This document shows positions 14,626-23,227 of a stretch of 64,000 bases of DNA, in pieces. Within the stretch, counting starts at the first letter, position 1; each line of letters opens with the position of its first letter. The position numbers and the translations under genes are program-made. The DNA is taken from positions 884-64,883 of the forward strand of contig JBBUFS010000004.1 of the NCBI GenBank assembly GCA_038056395.1. The letters run 5' to 3'. Below the pieces are notes generated by a model, which was not told the DNA's origin, made no database searches, and saw nothing but the letters and a program-made list of their open reading frames with translations. Origin of the DNA: Patescibacteria group bacterium (GTDB lineage Bacteria > Patescibacteriota > Minisyncoccia > Phycocordibacterales > WO2-35-19).

Positions 14626-15543
14626 TCAATTATAAATTTTTAATGCCTTATTTGCCATCTCTATCGCCCCTTCTTTTGTTTTGGCAACCGCGAACCATCC
14701 TCCGTTAATGCAAAATACCGCCTCCTTTATTCCGGAAGCTTTTACCAGTTCTTCATCTCTAAGGCCGCGCCAATTTTCCGGAAATTTAACTCTGTCTATA
14801 TAATTATCCAGATTATTCCTGCCAGTTTGGATGCACCATTCCTGCTCCTCTTTTTGGGGATAAATAACAAACTTTATATTTTTATTCTGAGAGACCGCTT
14901 CGTGCCATTCCATATTTTTATCTAAAATTAAAATTTCCGGCTCATTTTGCTCTTTGATTGCTTTTAATGTTTCTCTCTCTCCGTTTATTAAAGCCCCGGC
15001 CCAAGCCATTTCTCTGAGCAATATCTCCTTGGCAAACTGCAGCGCTTTTTCAAATTGTTCACCAAGCAATTTTTCATTTTCCTCAGGGACCAAATTAAAA
15101 GCGCTTATTATATTGCCTATCCTATAATCATAAATATTGTAATCATTATTAGGAACAGAAATGGTTACGCCACTGTCTCTGGCGTCTATCGGCATTACAA
15201 GTTCTTTCTCAATTCTATCGGCAATTTCTTGGTCACCGCAAATTTCCTCCCCATATTTTTTCCAAACTAAACCAAAAGAAGCGTAAGGTATGCCATTTTC
15301 CCTCTTTCCGGCTCCGTTCCTCTGATGATGATCAAATCTATTTTTTTCTGGATCAAAAATTCCGCCCACATCCACCACCATGTCAGCTTTTTCTATAATT
15401 TCTTTTTCTCTACTCCGAATTATTTTAATTTTATTGTCTGTTTTTTCCGCCCAAAGCAAAAGTGCGGCGCAGGCAAAAACATCATCGCTGTGAAAATCGC
15501 CATTATGGGTTATCGCCGTAATTTTCTTTTTAAATAAACTCAT
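14626..15543 (-). CDS. MYG1 family (UPF0160) exonuclease-like protein
   Basis: THNGDFHSDDVFA, VVDVGG, RFDHHQ, GLVWKKYG, FPENWRGL. Confidence 0.92.
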   Translation of the reverse strand: MSLFKKKITAITHNGDFHSDDVFACAALLLWAEKTDNKIKIIRSREKEIIEKADMVVDVGGIFDPEKNRFDHHQRNGAGKRENGIPYASFGLVWKKYGEEICGDQEIADRIEKELVMPIDARDSGVTISVPNNDYNIYDYRIGNIISAFNLVPEENEKLLGEQFEKALQFAKEILLREMAWAGALINGERETLKAIKEQNEPEILILDKNMEWHEAVSQNKNIKFVIYPQKEEQEWCIQTGRNNLDNYIDRVKFPENWRGLRDEELVKASGIKEAVFCINGGWFAVAKTKEGAIEMANKALKIYN

Positions 15544-17498
15544 GGGGTTTTAGGCGCGTTCAGAGATTTTATTTTTTTATCATATTCAATAACGGTGCGA
15601 ACCAGCTCAGCATGGCTCCAGGTTAGAGGAGTGGCCGATAACGGGTCGCCGGTATAAGGGTTCAGCTGTTCTGATAGCATACCAGACCATGCAAACTTAG
15701 CCGTCCATTCTATATCTTTGGCCGTCTCCTGGAGTTCAGTGATAGAATTGGCAACTGCTATTTTATACTGGGTTAACCAGAGAGTAGTGACAAACCATGG
15801 ATTGCCGGTTGATGAACCTTCAATGTGGGAATATTTGTCCCCCTCGTAGCGGGCAAAACCGCCGATATTGATGCCTTTGTTCAAGCGAGCCGCTAAAATT
15901 TTAAATGCCTCTTTCATTCTGGGGTCGTCGGGAGACAGAACCCCAAAACGGAATGGGCCGTAAAAATTGCTGGCATCTAAGTTTGCATTCTTTTCCAGCT
16001 TGTCGCCAATCAGCTTGAAAAAATATTTATCTTCTTCGTTCCACAAAAGGGAAATAATGGCTTTGCGCAAAGATTCTGCTTCTGAATAAAATCTTTTGGT
16101 ATCTTCCTCTTTGCCTAAAATCTTGGCAAAATGGCCGGCCGAGATAAGGCCCCCGTAAACAACAGAAGCTGTAAACGGCAAAACTCCGTATTGCTCCTCC
16201 CATAAATCATAGCTTGGTAAAGGCAAGCCGGTGGAAACATCCCGATAATGAATCATAAACTCAGCCGCCTTTTTTATAAAGCTGTTATAAATGCTTTCAA
16301 TAAATTCCAGGTCTTTGGCTCTTATATAATGCTCCCAAAGGCCAACCAAAAGAATAGCTGTCTCATCCTCCTGAATGGCCAGCTGACGCTTGCCGTCCTT
16401 GACCCAAGGATGCCATGAACTTCCAAGAGAGTGATCAGGCTGGTATTTGTGCAAGACATAACCTTCTTCCGTTAAAATATCATTGGCAAAGACATAAAAT
16501 CTTTTGGAAACATCATAAAACCCGGCCAAGTCAAAACTCCAAGCGGTAAAACAGGCGTCTCTTGGCCAGATATATCCATAAGTGTCACCGCCATATTGGA
16601 CATTGCCTGAATCAGCTGAGGCTAGAATGCCACCACCATTGTCTGAATGAGCTCTCATCACCAAAAGCGAATCATAAAATAAATTTTTGGCCCGGTCGGA
16701 CAGCCCGGAAAATGACACTTCAACCTGACTGACCCAAGCCTGCCAAAAATCTTTGGTTGTTTCCACCAGATGTTCCGGAGATTTTTCAAAAATATATTCC
16801 AGCAGCTCGCATACTTCCTTATAGGTTTCTGCCGCCGCCACCCAATAATACAAAACGACAGATCCGTTACCGGGGACATCTTTGCTCCAGCCGATAATGG
16901 AATCCACTACCCCGTGCTCAATAGAATTTTTGGAAAGACTGCCGTCTTCGGCATCCTTCCAGGTGCCTTCTTTGCCCTCAGCGCCGCAAAAACCGATGCT
17001 GTAATCATCAAAAGGTTTGTTGCCGCACATGCCTCCAACCAGGAAAACTCTTCTGCCTTTATAATGAATAATGGACTCAATGGTGCTTGAAAAATAAGCG
17101 GTATCGGCGTGATTGGTGTCCCCTATTTTGAATTGCTGATTAAAGAATATTTTCAGCTGACGGGTTCTGGAATCATTATTGCTCAAAGTGATTTTCCTCA
17201 AAAAAATATTTTTTTCGTTGTAAACAATATCGTCCGATTGGATGGAAATTCTGGCTTTTTCATTGAAAGCTTCCGTTTTGGAAACCATGGAATTCCTTTC
17301 ATATTTTATGTCAATCTTCCATTCCCCGTTGTCAATCCAATGCATTCGGCCATCCGCAAAAACCCCAATCTTGTGCATTTGATTGGAGCCAATGTGATTT
17401 TCCTGTCCGGCATAAGGAAAATAAAAATCCCGCACTTGGCCAAATTTATCCAAGCACACCAACATGTTGCCATTCCCTAAAACCATTGAGCGAGCCAT
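15540..17498 (-). CDS. Glycoside hydrolase family 15 (glucoamylase-like)
   Basis: YGYIWPRD, QEDET, DLWEE, RYEGD.Y, LSEQ and PLTWSHA motifs. Confidence 0.9.
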   Translation of the reverse strand: MARSMVLGNGNMLVCLDKFGQVRDFYFPYAGQENHIGSNQMHKIGVFADGRMHWIDNGEWKIDIKYERNSMVSKTEAFNEKARISIQSDDIVYNEKNIFLRKITLSNNDSRTRQLKIFFNQQFKIGDTNHADTAYFSSTIESIIHYKGRRVFLVGGMCGNKPFDDYSIGFCGAEGKEGTWKDAEDGSLSKNSIEHGVVDSIIGWSKDVPGNGSVVLYYWVAAAETYKEVCELLEYIFEKSPEHLVETTKDFWQAWVSQVEVSFSGLSDRAKNLFYDSLLVMRAHSDNGGGILASADSGNVQYGGDTYGYIWPRDACFTAWSFDLAGFYDVSKRFYVFANDILTEEGYVLHKYQPDHSLGSSWHPWVKDGKRQLAIQEDETAILLVGLWEHYIRAKDLEFIESIYNSFIKKAAEFMIHYRDVSTGLPLPSYDLWEEQYGVLPFTASVVYGGLISAGHFAKILGKEEDTKRFYSEAESLRKAIISLLWNEEDKYFFKLIGDKLEKNANLDASNFYGPFRFGVLSPDDPRMKEAFKILAARLNKGINIGGFARYEGDKYSHIEGSSTGNPWFVTTLWLTQYKIAVANSITELQETAKDIEWTAKFAWSGMLSEQLNPYTGDPLSATPLTWSHAELVRTVIEYDKKIKSLNAPKTP

Positions 17499-17525
17499 GA
17501 GATTATTTTAACATAACTCCCCAAT

Positions 17526-17546
17526 CCCCTCTTATCTTAAGAGGGG
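17526..17546. repeat. Short palindrome of the 136..244 family
   Basis: cccctctta-tct-taagagggg. Confidence 0.55.
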
Positions 17547-17560
17547 GAAAACCAATTCCT

Positions 17561-17610
17561 TTCCCAGAGGGTGACCCTTGAGGATTCTGCCCCAAAGGGT
17601 CACCCTCAAA
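17561..17610. repeat. REP-doublet-like element
   Basis: gagggtgaccctt-N15-aagggtcaccctc; reverse-complement homologue of 26228..26276. Confidence 0.75.
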
Positions 17611-17620
17611 TTTTCATTTT

Positions 17621-17863
17621 TTACAAATTTTTATAAGTGTTATCGTTTCTTCTATCGATTTTTATTATTTTTACCTCTTTTTCGTTCATATAAAAAACAA
17701 TTCGAGCCTTTCCATTTTTTGCTCTATATAAACCGCCAAAACCTTTCAGTTTTTTAATGTTAAGGGTATGAAATTCTCTATTTGTAATCAATAATGCGTC
17801 TTGTTGAATTTGCAATCTTTCTTTGGGGGAAAATTTTATTAGTGACTTAAGGATTTTGTTCAT
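17621..17863 (-). CDS. RelE/ParE-superfamily toxin
   Basis: 80 aa, basic, IKKLKG...LYR...G.ARIVF...IDRR...Y; overlaps the upstream antitoxin. Confidence 0.75.
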   Translation of the reverse strand: MNKILKSLIKFSPKERLQIQQDALLITNREFHTLNIKKLKGFGGLYRAKNGKARIVFYMNEKEVKIIKIDRRNDNTYKNL

Positions 17864-18107
17864 TAAATTTCTTTATCATTTTGTATACCTTTTCTGCTGA
17901 AACTCCTTTTTTATTTATCTCAGTGAAATCAATGACTGTCTCCCATAAATTGTCATTATCTTCATCAAAAGGAATCATATTAAAAACAGGCCTTGATCGG
18001 CGAACAACAGTAAAAGATTCACCTCTACCTAAGCGATCAATATATCTACTTGTGTTTAACCTCAGATCCTTAAGGCCTATTATTTTATTTCTTATTTTAG
18101 TTAACAT
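17847..18107 (-). CDS. Phd/YefM-family antitoxin
   Basis: IIGLKDLRLN...GESFTVVRRSRPVF. Confidence 0.8.
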   Translation of the reverse strand: MLTKIRNKIIGLKDLRLNTSRYIDRLGRGESFTVVRRSRPVFNMIPFDEDNDNLWETVIDFTEINKKGVSAEKVYKMIKKFNEQNP

Positions 18108-18113
18108 ATATTA

Positions 18114-18142
18114 AAGTTTACCTAAAGATAAACTTCTGTCAA
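18114..18142 (-). promoter_or_regulatory. TA promoter with palindromic operator
   Basis: TTGACA (18142-18137)-N16-TAAACT; aagttta-N8-taaactt palindrome at 18114-18135 overlaps it. Confidence 0.55.
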
Positions 18143-18150
18143 GCTCTAAA

Positions 18151-19410
18151 TTACACTTCGCTAAATCTCAGTGGCCGAACTCGGTGGAGAGAGACGCCGT
18201 GCTCTTGTTTTTTTTGAGCGTCAGTCAGACGCAGGCGCATATCTTGCATCACATTCATATAGGCAATAAAAGCTTCATAGGGCGATTCGTAGGGAGAAAA
18301 ATATTTATGGACATCGCCGTCATTCCACCACTTGGTGCACATATAATAGAAATGGTCGGAAGTCTGCAATTTTCGCCAATCTTCCAGAAGATCCAAATCA
18401 TCAATATGGACTATTTCTTTTCCTAAAGCATAAACCGTTTCCAAAGCTTGTTTTTGGAGGTCATTTGATATCCAAGCCGACAAATCACGTTCGGTGTCGG
18501 CCCAAGAAACATAGTAAGGCACATCCAGTTCCCCTTTGGCTTCATATCTGCCTATAACTTCCGACGGAGTGGCAAAATTATTATCAGGATTTTTTAAAAT
18601 TTCGGATGGCAGATATTTCAGAAATTCAAAAATGCCTGTGTCTTCCCACTGGTGCTCGCCAAAAGTTTCGTAATCCATAAAAAGATTTATGGTATCGCCA
18701 TTGCCGTTATGAGAAGAAACCCAGTCGGCAAATTTGGGCGCTGTCAATGGCCATCCCTCCCAGCTTTTTTGGGAAAATCTAAAAGCTACATCATCGGAAA
18801 GACGGTAATGTTTGAGCAAAAGTTTTATATTTTCAGTGCCAACCGGCTTGTAAATAAAAGTGGGGCTGCGCCAGCCCAAAATATGGTCAGCCCCTTCGGC
18901 CAAAATGCCTTTGTAGCCCATTTTCTCCGCTATTTTAGCTATTTCGTTTGAATAGATGAGCTCAGTGTTGCGAAAAACAGATGGGGTCACTCCAAACAAG
19001 TCTCTGATTTTTTTGCGATGAAGCCCAACTTGATTTATAAATTCTTCTTCATTATAAATAGAGGCCAAAGAATGATGATAAGTTTCCGAAAGAAGTTCAA
19101 CATTACCGGTATCCGTCAAAGCTTTGAATGAATCTATCACTTCCGGTTTGTATTTTTCAAACTGCTCCAGAGCCACGCCAGAAATGGAAAAACTGATTTT
19201 GAATTCCGGATTATTTTTTATATTTTCGAACAGAACTGCATTAGCCGGCAGATAACATTTACGAGCTACTTTTTCAATAATAGCTTTGTTGTCTAAACTA
19301 GTACCGCTCTCGTCATTGAAATAGGAGCTGTTTTGGCCCACATCAAAAATGCGATACTTGCGCACTCTCAAGGGCTGGTGAACCTGGAAATAAAAACACA
19401 CTGAAGGCAT
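18151..19410 (-). CDS. Glycoside hydrolase family 57 (alpha-amylase-like)
   Basis: FQVHQP, ETYHHSL, FRNTELIY, FMDYETFGEHQW, QTSDHFYYM. Confidence 0.93.
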   Translation of the reverse strand: MPSVCFYFQVHQPLRVRKYRIFDVGQNSSYFNDESGTSLDNKAIIEKVARKCYLPANAVLFENIKNNPEFKISFSISGVALEQFEKYKPEVIDSFKALTDTGNVELLSETYHHSLASIYNEEEFINQVGLHRKKIRDLFGVTPSVFRNTELIYSNEIAKIAEKMGYKGILAEGADHILGWRSPTFIYKPVGTENIKLLLKHYRLSDDVAFRFSQKSWEGWPLTAPKFADWVSSHNGNGDTINLFMDYETFGEHQWEDTGIFEFLKYLPSEILKNPDNNFATPSEVIGRYEAKGELDVPYYVSWADTERDLSAWISNDLQKQALETVYALGKEIVHIDDLDLLEDWRKLQTSDHFYYMCTKWWNDGDVHKYFSPYESPYEAFIAYMNVMQDMRLRLTDAQKKQEHGVSLHRVRPLRFSEV

Positions 19411-20632
19411 TGTCTAAAGAATTATATACTGAAATCAAAGATTCCGCCGCTTTTTTCCAGTGGATAGCTTTCACTTCTTCCCGCCCGTTTTCAGATAAAT
19501 GATTTTTAAATTTTTTATGCCGCAAAACACTTATCACTTTGTCTGCCATGTCGTCAACATCCCAAAAATGGGATTTTAGGGCAGTGGATAGTATTTCACT
19601 GACTCCGGATTCTTTGGAAACCAGCACCGGCACTTGTGAAATCATGGCCTCCAGCGGCACCAAACCGAAAGGTTCGGAGACTGACGGCATCACGAACATG
19701 TCAGCCGCTTTGTAAACCCTGGCCAATTCCTCACCTCTTAAAAATCCGCAGAAAATAAATCTGGCAGACAGGCCGCGGCTGGTCACCATTCTAATCATCT
19801 CCCCTTCCATATCGCCGCTGCCGGAGACCACAAAAAAAGTATTGGGCTCGTAAGCGAGCACTTTTTCCGCCATGGAAACAAAATAATCGGGGCCTTTTTG
19901 CAAAGTGATGCGGCCGACAAATAAAACTATTTGACTGCCATTTTGCTTTAACTTATCCAAATTATGTTCAATCATTGCCGAGTTGTTGTTGAATTCAACG
20001 CCATTGTAAACCACTTTCACTTTTTGGGCTGAGATTCCATACTTATTGACCACTTTATTTTTGGTTCTTTCGGAAACGGCCACAATAACATCCGCCTGAC
20101 GAAAACCTTCAAGCTCTATATTATAAATATCGGCATTGATTTTATCGCTGCCGCTCCGATCAAATTCGGTGGCGTGGATGTGGGCAACAAACGGCTTGCC
20201 GGAAATTTCTTTGGCCGCAATTCCGGCTGGATAAGTAAGCCAGTCATGGGCATGAATGACAGAATGCTTGTGTTTCCTGGCAATGGCTGGCGCGGCCAGC
20301 GCGTAAGACATTACTCTTTCCATCAAATCTCCCGATATAGACGCCGGCAGACCATATTTTTTAACTTCTTTAGAATTTGTGTGGCTGGCATAGCCGGCAA
20401 ATAAACTCCTGATTTGAATTTCGTTCATAAAATCGGTTGATTCATTAGCAAATACAAACTTACACCAAGGAGCAGAAATAGGAATTTTAAAAGGCAAAAC
20501 AAAAGTGAGGTCAACCCCGCTGGAAACCAGAGCTTTAGAAAGACCTTCGCAAGCGACTCCCAAGCCACCGCTGTTAAACGGCGGGAACTCCCAGCCGAAC
20601 ATTAAAACACTTGGTAATTTAAAACTGGCCAC
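19343..20632 (-). CDS. GT4 glycosyltransferase (glycogen-synthase-like)
   Basis: MFGWEFPP..SGGLG, HAHDWLT, HIHATEFDR, PSVSEPFGLVPLEA; clustered with GH57 and GH15. Confidence 0.9.
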   Translation of the reverse strand: MASFKLPSVLMFGWEFPPFNSGGLGVACEGLSKALVSSGVDLTFVLPFKIPISAPWCKFVFANESTDFMNEIQIRSLFAGYASHTNSKEVKKYGLPASISGDLMERVMSYALAAPAIARKHKHSVIHAHDWLTYPAGIAAKEISGKPFVAHIHATEFDRSGSDKINADIYNIELEGFRQADVIVAVSERTKNKVVNKYGISAQKVKVVYNGVEFNNNSAMIEHNLDKLKQNGSQIVLFVGRITLQKGPDYFVSMAEKVLAYEPNTFFVVSGSGDMEGEMIRMVTSRGLSARFIFCGFLRGEELARVYKAADMFVMPSVSEPFGLVPLEAMISQVPVLVSKESGVSEILSTALKSHFWDVDDMADKVISVLRHKKFKNHLSENGREEVKAIHWKKAAESLISVYNSLDNAFSVFLFPGSPALESAQVSHF

Positions 20633-20642
20633 TTTATTTTGC

Positions 20643-21689
20643 TTAGGTTTGTTGATTATTGTAAGACATAATGGAAGGATAAATCTTCATCAGCGCGATG
20701 CAGGCGCTGACTACCACCGGACCGATCAAAAATCCAATGACGCCAAAAACTTCTATGCCGCCCAGCATAGAAAAGAGAACGACCATCGGGTGAACTTTTA
20801 TTTTGTCTTTCAAAAAAACAACCGGAATAATATTATCGACCAAACCGACGACAATGGCTCCCCATATTAAAAGCCCCACGCCCGCGCCAATACTGTGAGA
20901 CAAAAACAAATAAACCACCGCCGGCGCCACCACCACTGAAGTTCCCAATATTGGTATGAGAGAAGCGACGCCACCCACAAAACCCCAAAGCACCGGCGAA
21001 CCAATCCCAAAAACAGCAAAACCAATCCCGACAAAAACACCTTGAATAAAGGAAACCAAAATTCGTCCGCGCAAAACAGCGTCAACCGAAGATCTCAATG
21101 TTTGGATAAACTCCTCGTCATGTTCATCGGACAGAGGACTCCAGACCAGCAGGCCCTTTTTTATTTTATCCCCAAAAATGAAAAGGTGGTAAAGAGAAGC
21201 GAGCATCAATATAAAATTCAAAATGCCTCCGAAAACCGCGGCAAAGATAGAATCAAAATGCCCGATGATCCAGTTTAATATATTGCGGGCATATAATTCC
21301 AAGTTGACTTGAGAATCAATCAGACCGGGCAGAAATAAAGAGTTTATTTTATTAACCAGGACGTTTGCCTGAGAAATAAAACCTTGAGAACCCCCCCAAA
21401 AAGCCATGGAATTGTACAAACCAGCCGCTTCCTTTAGGAGGAAAGTTGACATAACTGCAATCGGAATAATTATAAAAACAAGGATTAAAAGGGTGGCGGC
21501 CAAGGCGGCTAATTTCTTCCTGCCATCAAATTTTTCAATTAACCTTTCATATAAAGGGTAAAAAGTAATAGCAAAAACTCCGGAAATAAATATGACACCA
21601 AGAAAAGGTTTAAGAATAAAAAACAACAAAACCAAAAGACCTATAGTCAGCACTATAAAAAAAGTTAACTGTATGGTTTTTTGAGGCAT
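20643..21689 (-). CDS. AI-2E family transporter
   Basis: Multiple TM helices; IPILG, VDN..P, HP, GG...FG..GFLIGP motifs. Confidence 0.88.
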   Translation of the reverse strand: MPQKTIQLTFFIVLTIGLLVLLFFILKPFLGVIFISGVFAITFYPLYERLIEKFDGRKKLAALAATLLILVFIIIPIAVMSTFLLKEAAGLYNSMAFWGGSQGFISQANVLVNKINSLFLPGLIDSQVNLELYARNILNWIIGHFDSIFAAVFGGILNFILMLASLYHLFIFGDKIKKGLLVWSPLSDEHDEEFIQTLRSSVDAVLRGRILVSFIQGVFVGIGFAVFGIGSPVLWGFVGGVASLIPILGTSVVVAPAVVYLFLSHSIGAGVGLLIWGAIVVGLVDNIIPVVFLKDKIKVHPMVVLFSMLGGIEVFGVIGFLIGPVVVSACIALMKIYPSIMSYNNQQT

Positions 21690-21759
21690 AAATGCAGAAG
21701 AGAAATTTTTTATCCCTTTAACCTGCTTCTATATTTTAACACAATAAAAACAGCAAGGG

Positions 21760-22392
21760 CTAAAATAGTGGAAAACTATGTCTTTTTTTGAATGCTAGAT
21801 TAAAAATTATAGGCAAAATAGAGAGAAAAATGATTAAAAAAATAATTGGCATAATATATTTTTCAATGCCGGGTATTGATGAGCCCAAGAAAAACCCTAA
21901 AAGAGACAAACCCACCGCCCAAAGAAGCGCTCCTATGATATTAAAAATTAAAAATTTCTTATAATTCATTCCTCCTACCCCAGCCAAAATAGGCGCAAAA
22001 GTCCTGACAATCGGCACAAAACGTCCAATAACCACCGTCATGGCCCCGTATTTTTCATAATATTCTTTGGTTTTATCCAAATATTTTTTGTTAAAAAACA
22101 ATGAGTCCTCTTTATTAAAAATCCTGTGTCCCACTTTAGAACCAAACCAGTAGCCAACATTGTCTCCCAGTATAGCCGCCACGCCCACCACCAGAATCAG
22201 CCAGTATACATTAAATAATCCCTGTGAAGCCAAGAGCCCGGCCGTAAAAAGAAGCGACCCGCCGGGCAAAAAGAAACCAAAAAAAACTCCCGATTCGGAA
22301 AATATAATAACAAAAAGTCCCAGATACCCTACCACTCTCACCAATTCAACAATATCTATATTAAAAATGCTCATTAGGTCATTATACCACAC
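21760..22392 (-). CDS. dedA: DedA family membrane protein (likely start ~22374)
   Basis: ESG...GFFLPGGSLLFTAG, GDNVGYW.G, GRFVPIVRTFAP. Confidence 0.92.
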   Translation of the reverse strand: MWYNDLMSIFNIDIVELVRVVGYLGLFVIIFSESGVFFGFFLPGGSLLFTAGLLASQGLFNVYWLILVVGVAAILGDNVGYWFGSKVGHRIFNKEDSLFFNKKYLDKTKEYYEKYGAMTVVIGRFVPIVRTFAPILAGVGGMNYKKFLIFNIIGALLWAVGLSLLGFFLGSSIPGIEKYIMPIIFLIIFLSILPIIFNLAFKKRHSFPLF

Positions 22393-22717
22393 GCAATCTT
22401 GCCGCTATGCCAAAATAATCAAAATACTTTTGCAAATCTTTGAGATTAGTGCCATATTCTTTGCCCCCTAAAATCGCGTCACAAAACACATCTCTAGCCC
22501 TACCAATTTCACGCAAGCGACCAAACCATCTTTTATCAGAAAGAGTTAAATCAAAAAGTTCCAAAGCTCTATCTGCCGCCTTTTTAAAAAGTTCCGGGTT
22601 TTTGTTTTCTTGTATTCTTGTTCGCGAAACCTCGCTTCCAATATTGCCCATTTGTTCGGCTAGGGAAAAAGCGAACCACCTGCCATTTGCCAAATATTTA
22701 TGTGTTATCTCACTCAT
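22382..22717 (-). CDS. Conserved hypothetical helical protein
   Basis: GRW...SLAEQMGNIGSEV.R...RALELFDLT; translationally coupled to the upstream gene. Confidence 0.75.
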   Translation of the reverse strand: MSEITHKYLANGRWFAFSLAEQMGNIGSEVSRTRIQENKNPELFKKAADRALELFDLTLSDKRWFGRLREIGRARDVFCDAILGGKEYGTNLKDLQKYFDYFGIAARLRVV

Positions 22718-23076
22718 TACTTAATAATTAATTTATTTACAATTTCTTTTATTTTTTCCCGCGTTTTTTTATCTTCAACATTTCGTGTCTTGTTTCCAAG
22801 CGCCGGCTTTAAATTTATCATTGAGTCAAATTCAACAAAATCTTCCTCGAAATTTTCCAGATAAAGGTTAATGCCCCAAGTGTCTTTTCTCAAAGAATTT
22901 TCATTTTCCATAAGCAGGGTCTCCATATCCGCATGCAACTCTCCTCCAACTGCCATAATCTCTTGCTCCACATCAACCACCGCTTTTACCATATCGCCAA
23001 ATCCTTTTTCGGCAATTTTCTTTAATTCAACTCTTGTTATCGGTTTTTTAATAATTCTTATTTCTGTCATGTTCAC
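22717..23076 (-). CDS. DUF5674-like protein
   Basis: MVKAVVDVE...GGELHAD.E..L...WGINL...EFDSMINLKP. Confidence 0.7.
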   Translation of the reverse strand: MNMTEIRIIKKPITRVELKKIAEKGFGDMVKAVVDVEQEIMAVGGELHADMETLLMENENSLRKDTWGINLYLENFEEDFVEFDSMINLKPALGNKTRNVEDKKTREKIKEIVNKLIIK

Positions 23077-23115
23077 ATTTTAACCAAAATCCACACAAAA
23101 AGAAAGCTGGCCTAA

Positions 23116-23140
23116 AGTGTCAAAGATGCCCTTTGACACT
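23116..23140. repeat. 10-bp hairpin (partial copy gaaggtgccctttgac at 26276-26291)
   Basis: agtgtcaaag-atgcc-ctttgacact. Confidence 0.55.
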
Positions 23141-23227
23141 CCTTATTACCAGAAGATATATAACTCCAAATAGCAGAAACGACATACCAAGAATCCGAAA
23201 GAAAGTTTTGCTTAAATTAAAAAATTT

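Noticed and set aside
19343-19410. 68-nt overlap of GT4 and GH57 as a frameshift signal
   Set aside because: Both proteins appear complete; a simple C-terminal run-on explains it.
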